Source: Phoronis australis
Lineage: Eukaryota; Animalia; Phoronida
DNA length: 64,000 bases
NCBI GenBank assembly: GCA_002633005.1
Contig: NMRA01000146.1
Coordinates: 770,670-834,669, forward strand
Reading direction: 5' to 3'
In this document: positions 37,567-51,281 of the stretch, one piece after another
Layout of the letters: every line of letters starts with the position of its first letter
How positions within the stretch are numbered: the stretch's first letter is position 1
Translations under genes and position numbers: made by a program
The notes under the pieces: generated by a model
What the model was told of the DNA's origin: nothing
What the model saw: the letters and a program-made list of their open reading frames with translations, nothing else
Database searches by the model: none

Positions 37567-39594
37567 GTTTGTCTTTGTTTCCTTTCTGTTCTTTGTTAAT
37601 TGCTATGTGGTCGTCAAACAAAACATTTGTTTCTGACTAATGGCAGAATTGCAAATGGCGTCGATCTACTTCTGTTCTGGGAGTTTTGATCACATGATTT
37701 TAATGAGTGTACTCACCGTTGACAGTAACTTCCAACTTCGAGCATTTAAGGACAATGCCCTCTAATAGCTGTAAATGTAGCTTCCTTTGGCGTTTATGTT
37801 GTGTCTGAAGGGGATGGGTATGGTTTTCACCACCTGTGTACCGTTTGATAAACCTTTTTAGCAGTTTTGATTAATAACACAGATTAATTTTCTGATGGAT
37901 AGCATCATTGTATGTAGCCCAGATGGTCAATCGAAAGTGGTATAGAGAACACGAGGAAGTGTCAGAAGCTATCCAACAGAATGTAAAGTGGTGTTTTTAA
38001 GTATGTTGATGTTAACCAATAGATGCTACGTAATTATACTGGTTTAACAATCTGTTTAACTTCGATTGCAAATTCATCAAACTGTTTAATTAATGTTGTG
38101 CTCTTCTAGATGATATCATTACATCAATGATTAAGACAGGTGCAACAAGAAAGTGAATCCCGCTGAGAACCGGCAATCAAGGGTACAAACAACAAGACAA
38201 GCACCCTCACAGAAGGAATTAGCAACGATGCTGGATGGAGAGATGTACTGCCTTCCACGTTAACTCATAGCTTCATATATATCCATTGCACAAATATAAT
38301 ATTACAAATACGACAACAAACATCAGTAGTACGCACACACACACACATATACTCACACACATGCACACATGCACACGTTTTTGTGTTTTCTTTATACTTG
38401 AGTTATAGTAATCACAATAATTTAAAGCCTATCTTCAACGGTAAAACCTGAAAATTTCGTTCCTACTGTATTTTAAGGTGTCCCTCTGACCGCACTAGTG
38501 GTATCAATTGTCATATGTAATAACTGACAGACGTATTGGATTGCTTTTATCTACGTCACCGCGAGAATCACCTTTAAGTACTAGTCCACGAGAGCACCAG
38601 CCATGAGCGGCAAGGTGAGGGTCAGCCGATTTTCAACAAATTTGGCACATAGTTAGTCATATGGATCTATAAACAAAATATTGCGTTTTCCTAAATTATA
38701 GGCTCAAACACATTTTACGGCTTCGCAGCCATGTTTTCACGGTATAAAAACTGTCCAGTTTTAACTGTTCTTATTTTTCCTTGAATGAAATCTATTGATT
38801 TATTATTCACTTGAAGGTGTTAGTGGTGCCTATAGATTGTTACACAGAGGTCTTGAAACACGAATCCTATTTACCACCCTCATTTAGTAGTTTTACTACA
38901 CTGCCCCCCGTTATGCCATTTTGAGGTTGTGTTCAGTACACTGCTGTACCAAATCTGACCCCACTGCTATGAGAATGAAACTTAGCCAAAATGTTGACAA
39001 AACAAGTTACTTTCATTGCATGAAATAAAAACTTTGTCAGCCAGTTTATTAGTTATACATTTTGGCACTTCGATGTACTAACATGAGAAATTTTCATATA
39101 TCAGAGATCGATGCGTGAGCACCGTAAAATCAGATTGTCCTTCATGTTTTTCGATATTTTGCAACAAGTTAAGTCATCCTGAATGTTTTGAACGTTTTAC
39201 TACTCATCACGTAAGGCTATAGTACCCCTAAATACCATACATGGTTCCATTTTGTAAAAAGCCGATTATGTCCTCCACAGTGAACAGGGTTAGACATGGA
39301 GTCGACAAATGTAGGTTATTTTGATTTACAGTTGTTTTATTTTGCAAGTTCCTCATGGGTAATTCTTCACGCATATTCAAGTCAGATTTTCTGTTGATCA
39401 AATATTCATGCAATGCATTGTCATATCAAATGAATGATAAGTTTGGTGTCATGACGGCAAATTTCCCACAACTTAAAACAAAAGACTGCAGAAATTTTCC
39501 TGACGAAATACCGGGTTTGCAGTTCTCTACAAACATTCGAATCTCCATGATAGCAAGTAACAGCATATGTTCACGAAAACAACAACGGATTTAA

Positions 39595-39642
39595 AACTTG
39601 ACATGTTTCGGTGTCATTTATTAAACACCATCCTCAGAAGTC
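39595..39642 (-). ncRNA. Minimal hammerhead ribozyme, inverted copy
   Basis: Reverse complement of 41620-41667. Confidence 0.8.
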
Positions 39643-39739
39643 ATAATACAGTGGCCACCTAGCTAGGCCCAGCAACAAGTAATGAAGCANTATTAAGAAG
39701 TCTGATGTAGCTGTATGTTTTGAGCTTATACACGATGCT

Positions 39740-41539
39740 ATGAAAGAAAAACTTCTGGACCCTACTAAAGAGACTGAACTGAAGGCTGATTTAACAAGAT
39801 TGGCATCAACATATGTGTCGTCATACAGACCATCTTGGAGTGATTTGAGAAAGTTTAAGGTGATCAAGGAACTGCGAAGAAACGAAAACCTAGTGATAAT
39901 TAGACCCGATAAGGGAAATGGTGTAGTCATTTTAGATCGCAATGATTATGTCAATTCTTTGAATGAAATTTTGAGTGATGTATCGAAGTTTAGACGTGTC
40001 AAAGCAGATCCTACACTAACTAGAGAAGGACAGCTGCAGAGGTTTTTACGCAAAATTAAGAATGATGGTCGTTTAGATACTGAAACGTACAGCTATTTGT
40101 ATCCACAAGGTTCACAGCCAGGTAGACTATATGGCCTACCAAAAATACACAAACAGACAGAGGATTCCATCCCTCCATTTAGACCTATTGTGTCATCTGT
40201 GAATACTTTCAATTACAATCTTGCCAAGTACCTATGTAAGCTACTCAAACCACATATAAATGAGGACTACACAGCAGGTGATACATTCTCTTTTGTTTCT
40301 GAGGTTAGGGGTCAAGTTCTCAGGAATCGATTCATGGCTTCTTTTGACATTGCGAGTTTGTTTACTAACCTACCTGTGGACGAATGTATATCTTTGGCTA
40401 CTGACTATATAATGAAAAACAATCCTAGTGTAAAGATTACTCGAGCTGAACTCATGGAGGTATTCAAGTTTGCTACCAGCAAGACCCATTTTGTATTTAA
40501 TGGGGAGGTTTTTAACCAAATTGATGGTATAGCAATGGGTTCACCTTTGGCTCCCATACTAGCTGGCATGTTTTTAGGTCACCATGAGAAAACATGGATT
40601 GAGACATGCACTGGTCCTCACATCTATTTCTATCGACGATATGTAGATGATGTGTTTTGTATATTTGAAAATCAGCAGTCAGCCCAGGAATTTTTGGTGT
40701 ATTTAAACTCGAGGCATCCTAACTTGAAATTCAGTGTAGAATTAGAGGTCGATAACATTTTGCCATTTCTGGACGTGTTAGTAGAGCGTGAGGGTACCTC
40801 AGTGATAACATCAGTATTTCATAAGAAGACTTACACAGGACTGTACACTTGTTTTCATAGCTTCACATCCTTTAAAGTAGGTCTCATAAAGACGCTAATA
40901 GACATGGTATATCGCATTAACAACACTTGGGCTAGATTTGATTCTAATATCAAAGAACTTACATCGAATTTGCAAAAGAATGGCGATCCCCTAGAATTAG
41001 TCAATAGGGTACTGAAAGCAAGACTCCAACGTAAACCTGATGGTGTTCATCCTGTAGACAAAACTAACTACAAGTACTTTAAAATACCCTATGTTGGGTT
41101 TTACGCCAAAATTGCTCAACGAAAACTCAACAAATTGGTGAATGATTACTGTGTGAACTTAAGAGTTCTATTAACATTCAAGTCTCTAAAACTGTCGAGT
41201 TTATTTAACCCAAAGGACAAAATTTCTATGGGTCTACGGTCCAAGGTTGTATACAAATTTATCTGTGCTGGATGTGGCTCCAGTTATATAGGCGAAACTG
41301 TTCGCCATTTGAAAACCAGGACCAAGAAACATCTAAATTCTGACAGTAATTCACATGTAAATATTCACCTGCAGAGCTCCAATCATTGTTATCAGCAGTG
41401 CTCTTTCAATGACTTTGCAATAATAGACCAGGCAGTAACAACAAAGGAGCTTAAAATTCGTGAGGCTTTACATATCAGTTGGTGTAAGCCCAATCTCAAT
41501 AGGCAACTGACACACCACAGGTTGTCATTGATGGTATAG
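39740..41539 (+). CDS. Penelope RT and GIY-YIG endonuclease (5' incomplete)
   Basis: RPDKGNGVV, YGLPKIHK, RPIVS, FDIASLFTN, GIAMGSPLAP, RYVDD, LPFLDV; VVYKFICAGCGSSYIGET. Confidence 0.93.
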   Translation: MKEKLLDPTKETELKADLTRLASTYVSSYRPSWSDLRKFKVIKELRRNENLVIIRPDKGNGVVILDRNDYVNSLNEILSDVSKFRRVKADPTLTREGQLQRFLRKIKNDGRLDTETYSYLYPQGSQPGRLYGLPKIHKQTEDSIPPFRPIVSSVNTFNYNLAKYLCKLLKPHINEDYTAGDTFSFVSEVRGQVLRNRFMASFDIASLFTNLPVDECISLATDYIMKNNPSVKITRAELMEVFKFATSKTHFVFNGEVFNQIDGIAMGSPLAPILAGMFLGHHEKTWIETCTGPHIYFYRRYVDDVFCIFENQQSAQEFLVYLNSRHPNLKFSVELEVDNILPFLDVLVEREGTSVITSVFHKKTYTGLYTCFHSFTSFKVGLIKTLIDMVYRINNTWARFDSNIKELTSNLQKNGDPLELVNRVLKARLQRKPDGVHPVDKTNYKYFKIPYVGFYAKIAQRKLNKLVNDYCVNLRVLLTFKSLKLSSLFNPKDKISMGLRSKVVYKFICAGCGSSYIGETVRHLKTRTKKHLNSDSNSHVNIHLQSSNHCYQQCSFNDFAIIDQAVTTKELKIREALHISWCKPNLNRQLTHHRLSLMV

Positions 41540-41619
41540 TTCATTGTCACTCCCTGTAACTGACTGTATCTGTGCTTCATTACTTGTTGCTGGGCCTAGC
41601 TAGGTGGCCACTGTATTAT

Positions 41620-41667
41620 GACTTCTGAGGATGGTGTTTAATAAATGACACCGAAACATGTCAAGTT
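41620..41667 (+). ncRNA. Minimal type I hammerhead ribozyme in the Penelope pLTR
   Basis: Stem I GACTT/AAGTT, core CTGAGGA, stem II GGTGT/ACACC, GAAA, palindromic ACATGT stem III, cleavage triplet GTC (41660-41662). Confidence 0.85.
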
Positions 41668-43829
41668 TTAAATCCGTTGTTGTTTCCGTGAAAACATTCG
41701 AATGACAAGACAAAGTCCACCACTGTCCGTGGCAACTCGTCGCATGTTTTTTCGCCAACCGGTCCTATCATTGTTTTCTTTTGTTGTGTCATGCTGTAGC
41801 TAGATATTACAACACAGGTCGCATGGATATAGAACCTTGCGTACATCAGACCGTTGCCGATAAGTGCTCGTCATTATATCTTCACTATAACAACGGGAAC
41901 AATGAAGACGCTAATCTATTGTTCTCTATGCGACCAGGTTTCCGTGGATGACCACAGAAGAAGAATCCCAAAGTATCCACAAACAATGACCACGCACCTT
42001 AGTAACCTATCCCGCCCACACGAATCCTTTCCGTGGAACATAAACACCAAAATTTTTTATCCGTGTATTGTGTTGTATTGCTCATGGTGCGGGTTCAGAC
42101 TCTGTTGTATTAAGATTCCAATCCCCGATCTTGTAATATGTAGTTTGAATAAAATTTCTAGACAATGCAGGTTTATGGATTTGTTCTCCTTCAAATGAAG
42201 AGTAAAAATCAAATTTTGCACAGTTTTTTTAAAGTAATCACTTATTGGAAGATCACACATCTAAAAAATGAAACAATGTTTGACAATTTTATTCATTATT
42301 TTATTTGAAAATTGCCTACCTCACAGACAACTCATCTAAGTTGAAAATATTCCTTGTGAAAAAATATAAAATAGCAACTACAGACTTGTGTAGAACAAAA
42401 TATGTTTTCGTAATACAATGCAGAAATAACTGTAAGTCAAAAGTGCAAATGTTATGACTAATAAAAAATTGCCTTCTAGATCTTTTCATCACTCTAATTG
42501 CTACAGGACCGAGTCAACCACACAAAGCTCACAAAGTCAGGGAATTACATTTAAGGTGATGTAGTCTCATTGCGAAAAAGTGATTTCGCAATATCGCTGA
42601 CAACACTGGAAATCTTTTCTTCACAAACTTGAGGTAGCTGCATTTACCATATCAATGCTCTTATCAAAACTAACCACCACAAAATGAACAATTGGCTCGT
42701 GGGTACCAATTAGGCAGCTTTCTACAATGAAATGGTCATGACAAAATACTTTTGCAACATGGTTTGCAATACAATTGCACTAAGATTACAGTTGTACATA
42801 CATACTAGACCATTAACAAAATTACCCATGGGAACCATAAAATGGTCAATTCACCAAAACAACAAGGAGCCACCAGAGCTGATGTGCCAATACTTTTCAG
42901 TACTGCAACAAAAAATCATTTGAAGTGGACATAAACTCGCCTAAAATCACATAAAACAAATTTTGATTAAGACGTTTTACCATCATGAAATAGGTATTAT
43001 TTCCAGGTCACTTTTGAGCAATTTCAGAACTTTGAAAGATCTGGCAATATGCAATTGCAAGAGACCAGACTAATAGTGTTTGATTTTATACACAGAGCAT
43101 GATCTCAAGGAATACCAAACTGTCAATTCGCCACAATTCCAGAAATCACTTCCCATGTGCATAAGGAACAAAATGAGCAAAAGTTCATAGAGGTAAATGG
43201 TCTAAACCAAAACTCATTACCTCCTGGACAGAATATGGGTTTACAACCCAGGCAGAAAGATAAGTTAAAAAACAGCCTAACTGCAACACGGTCTAAAATT
43301 TCAGTAATATATACCCTTTTACAAACAAAAATCTGTAATGATAAATAAAATGCGGAAACATAAATTCAGATCAATTACGCATCTTCAAGGAAAAGGAATA
43401 GTACAGTTGTCAGAAATCATCTAAATGTGATGGCGACACTGAGAAATCCTGTCAGACCAAAAAATCCAGTGGCTAAACAAAATGAACAATGTACCGTTAC
43501 CATGTGGCCCAGGACCATGTTCCGAGCCTGGACAAAAATGCAGTCTTAGACTAGGTGAATTTTAGATTTGTGCTGTTCACACAAGCAGTTCTGGTGCAAA
43601 CAAAGCTTGCGACAACACACAAGCCTACTTCACTACTCAGCTGTGTTGATACAATAATGCCCCCACTGGATTTAGCAAATCAGCCAGAGTATTTACAGGT
43701 CTAGCCACTGTACTGTTTCCTCCTTTTGAATTTTTACAATGCTACATCCTTGGCAATCACAGATTGCCTCTTTCAATGCATACTCCACTTCCTCTGTCAC
43801 AGTTTCCCCACATTTGCTGACTCTGGCCT

Positions 43830-44099
43830 ATCTCAACAAATTACTTTTGACCTGATGTGGAATAAGCCAGTAATCTTTGGCAAATACTTTTTCCTCGACT
43901 CGTTCCTCAAGCTACGAATTCTCTTTGACATATCTTCTGGGAGTAGAGTTTTCGGCCTCTCTCTAGCCCCCTCACTTAGTTGTCCAGAAGGGTACCTTCT
44001 TGCTGGTTGTGAACTTTTCCATACCCAACCTTTACTAATAATCGGCAAGTCTCCAACTTCAGCAGAAGCCACTTCTTCAGCATAAGCTTTTCCTGATTC
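43830..44099 (-). pseudogene. C-terminal remnant of a DNA transposase (tentatively Sola3-like)
   Basis: KGWVWKSSQPARRY...PEDMSKRIRSLRNESRKK / VFAKDYWLIPHQVKSNLLR (frameshifted) resembles the GWALK..RF..P..V...MR..R....F....WL...QI.S.FSR tail of invertebrate transposases. Superfamily is from recollection only. Confidence 0.45.
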
Positions 44100-46049
44100 C
44101 TAAAATTGTATTAATGAAAAATTAAACATATTAAATTTAATGTGGCTATTTCAGCTCAGAAAATATTATTACCAAGCTAAAGTGACGGCTTTAGCATGTT
44201 TTATTAACTTCGTAATCGCAGAAAATCATTGGTAGACATAACATACTCCCTAGTCTCTAAAAGAAGTTCATGGGCAGAAGTTATGTTACACATTTGGTGG
44301 TTGTTATGAAAAGTTATGATGACTACCCATTTTCTATGCCAATGTAGTTGCATCCACACATTTGAATAAGATATGTTTAAGCAATAAGGCCCAAGTTATA
44401 AGCAATCACGGTGTGTCAATAAAAGTATTTTTGCATGAATGACGTGCTTCTAAAAATATTCCTCAGGGTCGGTCCCTGGAGTTAAGTGATTCCTACCTGA
44501 GCTCACACGAAGCTGGACGTTGAACTTTGACTTAAGGTCTAGGTCATTTTTCAGACCTCTATCAGATTTCTCCTCTAGTGTGCAGTGGATGTGTTCTCAG
44601 TGTCTTTGGCGACAGCAATATATCTCGAGTGTTGTAACGATGATTCGGTTAAGTGAATCTAATACGGTAGATTATGTAGCTCCTGCACACCTGCCTCCGA
44701 GGCAGACACTGAGGCAGACTACTTCTCAGGAGGACACGTTCCACCTCCACATCATCTCCATGTATTCTTATACGGTGCTCAAATGTCTCGCTCTATATCT
44801 TGTGCATTTATCAGGAGTTTCCAAAGTTTTTTCTCTCCCAATTTGTGGAAATACCACATTGGATGCGACTGGCAGTGCCAGATAAATAGATAAATTCGCA
44901 AACACGCACTTTAGGTCAGCCATCATTTAACTAACTCATTGTAAACTTTAGTTTGGTATTCTGACGAATTGGATGAACAAATTCAGTATAATTTCATATT
45001 TTATTTCGAAATGCTAGTGTCCTTAAAATTAATTAAAAACATTTAAGCAAACCAATTCTTTTAATTGCTGTATTAAACCACGGCATATTGATGCGTAGAA
45101 ACGGCGCACAACTAGTGACTGGTTTAACATGGCAAATACACATACGCGGTCTGAAAATAGTGAAATTCAGACACCTATTACCAAGCCTGCCTGAAGGGCT
45201 GACAAAGTTTTTATTGTATTAATTTGAACGGCATTGAGTCTTCTACATGTCCATGTTATTATTTTTAATTTTCTCGCGGGGGCAGCTTCGCTATAAGGGT
45301 ACAGCTTACTGCTGGATTTTCACAAGACGGAAATGTGAGTCCACGGAAACAGTTCCAGTGTTACCATGGTAACCGATATTGCAGTGTCGGTGCCGTTCTT
45401 ACTGACATTGGTCATGGACCTATCATGTGATATCAAAATTGTTCAGAAAAGATTATGTTTGAAGCAAAAACTGGAGTAGAAAATTTGGGCAAAAATGAGT
45501 CATTCCACACCAAGAAATTGCCTCATTTTGCCTCCCAGAACACTTCCCTTGTATCTCCTAAACCACCAAACTTTGTGGTGTCATACTTCACCCATTTTCT
45601 CTCATCCCTAATGTGATTTATCAGATTAAACATGGATCTGAATGGCTGACCCCCACCTTGCCCTTGTTGGCTGTACAGTGGTCGGTGGATCCGTGGACTG
45701 ATACTTAATAGCGGAGTTGCAACCGAATCGATTTCAGGATTGCGCATGTCCGGAAATTAGGGTGCGCAAAGGCTATTGGGATTGATAAGGGTAAATAGAA
45801 TGGCCGATTGGTTTGCACGACGTGTGATTTATGTGCATTAAACTACACTGCTGTATGCAATTCTGCTGCTATTCGAACTAATAAGCGTCCATGGCCCAAC
45901 AAGTGCCCCAACGCGTTTTCAGACTTTGATAAAGTAAGCGCCCAGCCCATGAACTACATGAGAAAAATGCCCTTAGCTACAGTTCTGACGTCTCCAATTT
46001 ATTAATTGAAAGATCCGACAGTTCTGAATTTGTAGACCACGAGCCTCAC

Positions 46050-46275
46050 CGTTATGTCCGTATACACTTCAAACTTACGCCGCGATTCAAAAAGAACGCG
46101 GAAGTTTTGCTGCTTTTGCGAGGGATGTGCCCCACTACGCGGGTGTGGACTTTGAAAAGAGATGCAGCGTACTTCAGTGTCAGCGGCCTTGTATTGTTTC
46201 TTTCCGGTACAGATCTTCACCGGCCTCAACAAGAATCCAAACTTCTTTGTACACGTGAAAACCGTGAATCGAAGA
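46050..46275 (-). pseudogene. HIRAN-like domain remnant, probably transposon cargo
   Basis: SSIHGFHVYKEVW...VVGHIPRKSSKTSAFFLNRG (frameshifted) matches the GYHVYK..W / VGHVPR pattern. Confidence 0.6.
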
Positions 46276-49151
46276 CTAATGAAAAAATCGACCAGTGTTA
46301 GCACGCGGCCAAGAAGCGCGTGCTGCATAATGTACCGGCTATCGGCATCGAAGACACTTAGTCGGGAACTATCTATTCATGAAAGGGGTAACAAAGCATT
46401 GGCAAATAATTATTGGCACTAATTTCCGAATGTTTCTAATACCGTAAAAAACTTTTGCATTTTTTGAAGAGAAATTATTTAACTAATCGTAATTGTTGTG
46501 TTTAAGGTCAAAATGACACACTTCGCACCCTTACACCCCAAATCTTCCGGAAAATAGCTGTTACACTACGGTCACGCATCCACTCACCCGGCGATTCAAT
46601 GAGTGACAAATCGGTCTTAACGAAAAAATTCTCGAACGTTTTTTAGCTGATGAGACCAGCAAGTGCTAAGCTAAATATTAAAATACACTCTGCTTGACTG
46701 CTTGACTTAATTTCTTTGGATACAATGCACACCTAGATCATTACATTACTCTGGCAAAAGAACTCTGATGACAAGCATACGCACGCTTACCGTCACACAC
46801 ACGCATACAAACTTCAAAACAAACGTCACGTGACAACAACATGTGTGTTCCTCCAGAGATTTTTATCGTGTTGCGGGCTACAATCTAGCGCAGATTTGGA
46901 CTTAATCTGCGGTTAATCCAGACTCAACAAGAATCTTAGAGACGCTGTTGGGAAAACTTGAGGAGGATTTCAGGTAATTTGTTGAGTCGAAGCTGTATTC
47001 TTATTCAAGAATTCAAGCCCTATCGACGATTGCGAGACCGGCAGCTACGCATTTCTCGGCAAGATTTCGCCCTGGGACTTCCAACACAATTTTATGAAAA
47101 ATGATCGTAATTTAACAACGGGTTTTGATAGCAATGCACCACAATTTTGTAGAAAGTAAATCATAATATTCTGCACACTCTATCCTAGCGCGTAATACAT
47201 ATAGTGAGCGTACGTTAAGTGTGTTGACCCAGAACAGGTGATTGTGCAGAGGCATTATCCTCAAAATTGCTCATGCTGGGTTGGTTCTGGTCAAGCGAAA
47301 ACAAGTTTTTTTTTTCACTACCAACCGCCGTAGAGTATTTTGTTAATGTTTCTTTGAAGGGAGATATTGTTGGACAGTTTCCAAGATACGTTTTCTTGCC
47401 GCCCTCAGAATGAGCGCTGCATACTTTATGCTACCAAGTCGGAAAGAATTCACGAAGTAGGCCTTTGCTACCAGGTCTACTAATGTCTGTGACCCATGTT
47501 TAACGCAGTTCTTGATCCTTGGGAAACAGGTAGTAATTTTTTTTTTAGCTCGCTAACTGGTATTATAGCATGCCAGGCACAGAACACGTATACATGTAAC
47601 CTCCCTGTGGCCGGTTCGCCCCCACGCTTGCCGACGTACTTGTTTACCGGCTTAACCACAATGCAACATTCTGACCCATTTCCAATATGGCGGCATTGCA
47701 ACTCCGCTATTCAAACAGCTGCGAATAACACCTGCACGCAATTGTGTTCTATTCAGACCACCATTCAATGCAACCTTTTGTTGTTTGGGCTGGGATCTCG
47801 CGGTGACGCAACATGGCGCGAAAAGGCAGCATCACTCATTTGACGGGCTTACATTTGTGTGATTGAACTCGCGTTTTTTTTTTTACTAGGGCTTTGCTAG
47901 GCCTATCTGGTGAGCTAAAATAACCAAATACCGAAGAAGTAAGGCTTTAAGACTCTCCAAGTCTAGTTTGTATATTAACGTGCAATAACGTGGAGCAAAT
48001 TTGTGGCATGTCAGGAGGCGGGATGTTGGCGGCGGGGATTTTTTCTATTGAACTGTTGCCTTTATGCAGTGTGTACGATATAGAGTTTCAGTCATAAGTA
48101 CCTCTGATGACGGAAAACTTAAAACAAATCCAGGTAATACTGCTACATGTATTGTCCTGCAATGCTCATTAGTTGTCTCACAAATCCTTCAAATGCATTT
48201 CACCATGCGTTTTATCACAACGTTACCATCCTCTAAATACTCTTTCTTTCCAAACACTTAGAAAACTTAAAATCATCATTTGATTAGTAGTAAACATAAA
48301 ATGGACCATTTATTTGTAATTAAATTTAGACATATGGGTGGTGTTGCGATTTTCGAAGTATATTTTTAAGACCATTTTATCTCGCTGTTTTCGTTAAAAG
48401 TAATCGATAGGTTTTAAATATGCATGTTAGATTGTTTCATTCAATATTTTATGAACAATGACAGAATGTACATGAGCTTTGAATTCCAACATTGTCAATG
48501 TATCCCTTTTGACAAACTACTAAAAAATTAAACCTGGGACATTTGAACAGATTTCCTACATGTATTAATAAGGTGAAAAATGTCGAAATAAAATTGACAG
48601 GTGACATCAGACACCGATTGTATTTTAGCGCTTTTAAAGCCCAGTTGCCCGTTCTAAAATGGCTTTTCATGTCTGTTTAAACTCATAGATCTTAAGTTTG
48701 ACTTAAGTTATGTCTTAATTTCGATTAACTTACTGGATAATGAAGTTTCAAAATATTAAAAACAAATCTTAGATAGCATTCAAAAATGAACTTAAATCAG
48801 TTACTTAGAACGGGATACTGAGTTTTGTGACTATTATATTCTTCTAACCTCATCTTTCAAATGGTTGTTCTCATTAACTGCATACTATTCTCGTAACTGA
48901 ACTGCAATTCATTGCTCCTGGAGCGCTATATATCTCAGTGAAGGTACAAACTGCACGTCAGTTTGCTTTGTAATTGGACACTGTATCTGACGTCTTTTCT
49001 CTACTAACAAACAGATGTGCCGTTGACGAGGGAGATAACGTATTCCATAGAAGTAGCTCATTAGGACTGCCTGTTCGATTACCCTAGCGGTACGCGAATG
49101 TGCATAGTTGGTAGCGGGATGGCTAAACTGGGCTAATCTTTCTGTCGTTAG

Positions 49152-49324
49152 GTGTCAAAGATGAAAGTGAAAATGACAATCACCCAGACAAGAAAAAAGG
49201 GACACACGTAAGATCCGTTACTGAAGGCACTGCGAGATGGAGAGTCTTCACGTCCGTTGGTGTCCTCCTGTTTGTCACCATACTTGTCATGTGCTACAAA
49301 TTGAACACTAGTGACTATTCCTGA
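49152..49324 (+). other. Candidate terminal exon encoding a C-terminal transmembrane helix
   Basis: Acceptor cttttctgtcgttag; phase-1 frame VKDESENDNHPDKKKGTHVRSVTEGTARWRVFTSVGVLLFVTILVMCYKLNTSDYS*. The upstream candidate exon (about 49015-49089) has an in-frame stop. Confidence 0.35.
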
Positions 49325-50379
49325 TTTGATACGTGAGCCTGGCAAAAGCGACTGAACGTGCAGGGAGATAAACCTTCATGTGCCTGCCAACATGTACGTA
49401 CATGTAATGGTTCATTCCGTGTGGACTATACGAAGATTCTTGAAAACAAAATAAGTCAACACATACTGAAATTGTTAAGCCAGATGCTCCTTTGAACATT
49501 AATTTGTCTTATTCTAGCTTTCTCGATTCTTCTGGTAGAAGATTTTTCTCTTCGACGTGGTCTGTTTCATACACATTTGCGTGTGTTTGGGGCTATACAT
49601 ACATACACTATCAATGTTTTAGTTTTTACTATGATTGTTCATTAGTGTTATATTTTGGTTGTGTTCAGAAGCTTTCAATCTATTTGAGCACTGTTTTGAG
49701 TCCATAGGAAGAGGAAAACATCACATGTCTCCAGTAGAGAAGAGGTCTAATATATCTATCATGTGGGGATAACTCCATAGACAGAAGTCTGGTAAAACAA
49801 TACACTATATAACGATTAGTGCAATGTTTAGTTCTTGCCCAAATTGATACATGTGTGCTTGTTTTTCAATAGACTAAATTTATTTGTACTATTTATTTAT
49901 TACCGTGAAATGTTAATAAATGAAAATCTCATCTTCTAAAAAATCCAATCCAATACTTTGTTTTGCTGGCAGCTGTTACCCGAATACAGTTAGTGTCTTG
50001 ACCAGTAGGTGTCATAGTATGGCGGTGAATGTAACGTCGGACGTTGATCAGACCTCCCTCTCTTTAATGTTACGGTGCAGCCACGAACATAGCAACGGTT
50101 TGTTGAATCAAATAGACTGCTCCCACAACATTTACTCTCCACGATAATCCCCAAGGTCTGTGTTAAAGGTTTAAGATACATTTATTCATTTACGGCTAAA
50201 CTCTTATATCGGAAAATTATAAATGACAGCCAGCTGAGCTTGAACCCCGTCCAACGACAATCACCGCCATTAAGCCCACATCGCACTGATCTTGTGTGCC
50301 AATGCCGCTGAAAACTGAAAGTCCTTCGAATAAAAATTAGCGTAGTACTCAACCATAACCTAACTTGAATTGACACCAC

Positions 50380-50690
50380 TGAGCTCTCTACCAGGTGGCA
50401 CTTTTTATCCACGAAATCTGTTACGAGGCACTCAAGTACACAATGAGTTCATGTTCGACACGGAGGAACGAGATAGAGCACTGGACGAAATTATCACCGG
50501 TTTCGATAAATTTGCCATCGGAAATGTGAGCGAGACACACGAACGATATGCGTTTAACTGCACGATACATCTACCTTACGAAACTTTTCAAAACTTTCAC
50601 TCCGCAAGCAAAACTCTGAACAAAGCCTGTGAATATTGTACAGGCTGTGCGAACACTGTGATCCCAGGCAGGATCGTTCTGGGCACCTGT
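50380..50690 (+). pseudogene. gag: Ty3/Gypsy (Mag-like) gag remnant
   Basis: LDEIITGFDKFAIGNVSETHERYAFN...ETFQNF..CEYC..IPGRIVLG matches the N-x-TYERY-x-F..Q...RDRIV-x-G gag motif. Confidence 0.7.
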
Positions 50691-51281
50691 CTCTTCTTAA
50701 AGGGTTAAACCTTCGAAAATTTCATCGATTATATGAAGACTCTGCGTCTCAGTCAAACGCTATTGGAACGATGCACATCACTGTGAACAAAGTGTTCAAC
50801 GGCTGTGCTAAACACCCTCCCAGATAGTGCCTATTCCTTTGCTTACGACACGTCTTAATGTGTAACAGAGAAAAATGCCCTTAGTGATAAAAGTATGTTC
50901 GGTGCACGCCCATTCGATACAATAATCGTCAATTTCTGTGTGACGTTACACATGCACGCACGCAAACACACACACAAACACACAGAAACACACACGAAAA
51001 AACAGTCACAGTTTGTAAGCCCTCTTTATTGTTCATTAATTGTGCTAGTAATATATGCATGTATATTAGAGTTTAACAGTCAGCAAAACCACCGTCGTAC
51101 ATTACGATTCTTGCATTTCTATTTTATGCTATTCATATCGGCATTCTCAGCCAAATATGTTCCTTCGACCTTGACTACCATATCGTTTGATGCTATATTT
51201 TTACTTCAAATGCCGTTTTTCATAAGTTTTTTACTAATGTCAGCAGTTAAACGACGCTCTTTACCAATTCCTAGTTTCTCT

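Larger units (their letters stand above)
39567..41694 (+). mobile_element. Penelope-like element with inverted pseudo-LTR
   Basis: About 39567-39689 is the reverse complement of 41573-41694; RT plus GIY-YIG ORF between them; n at 39690. Confidence 0.93.

Noticed and set aside
45730-45830. CCAAT/ETS-like promoter motifs
   Set aside because: Short motifs with no linked gene start; cannot be supported.
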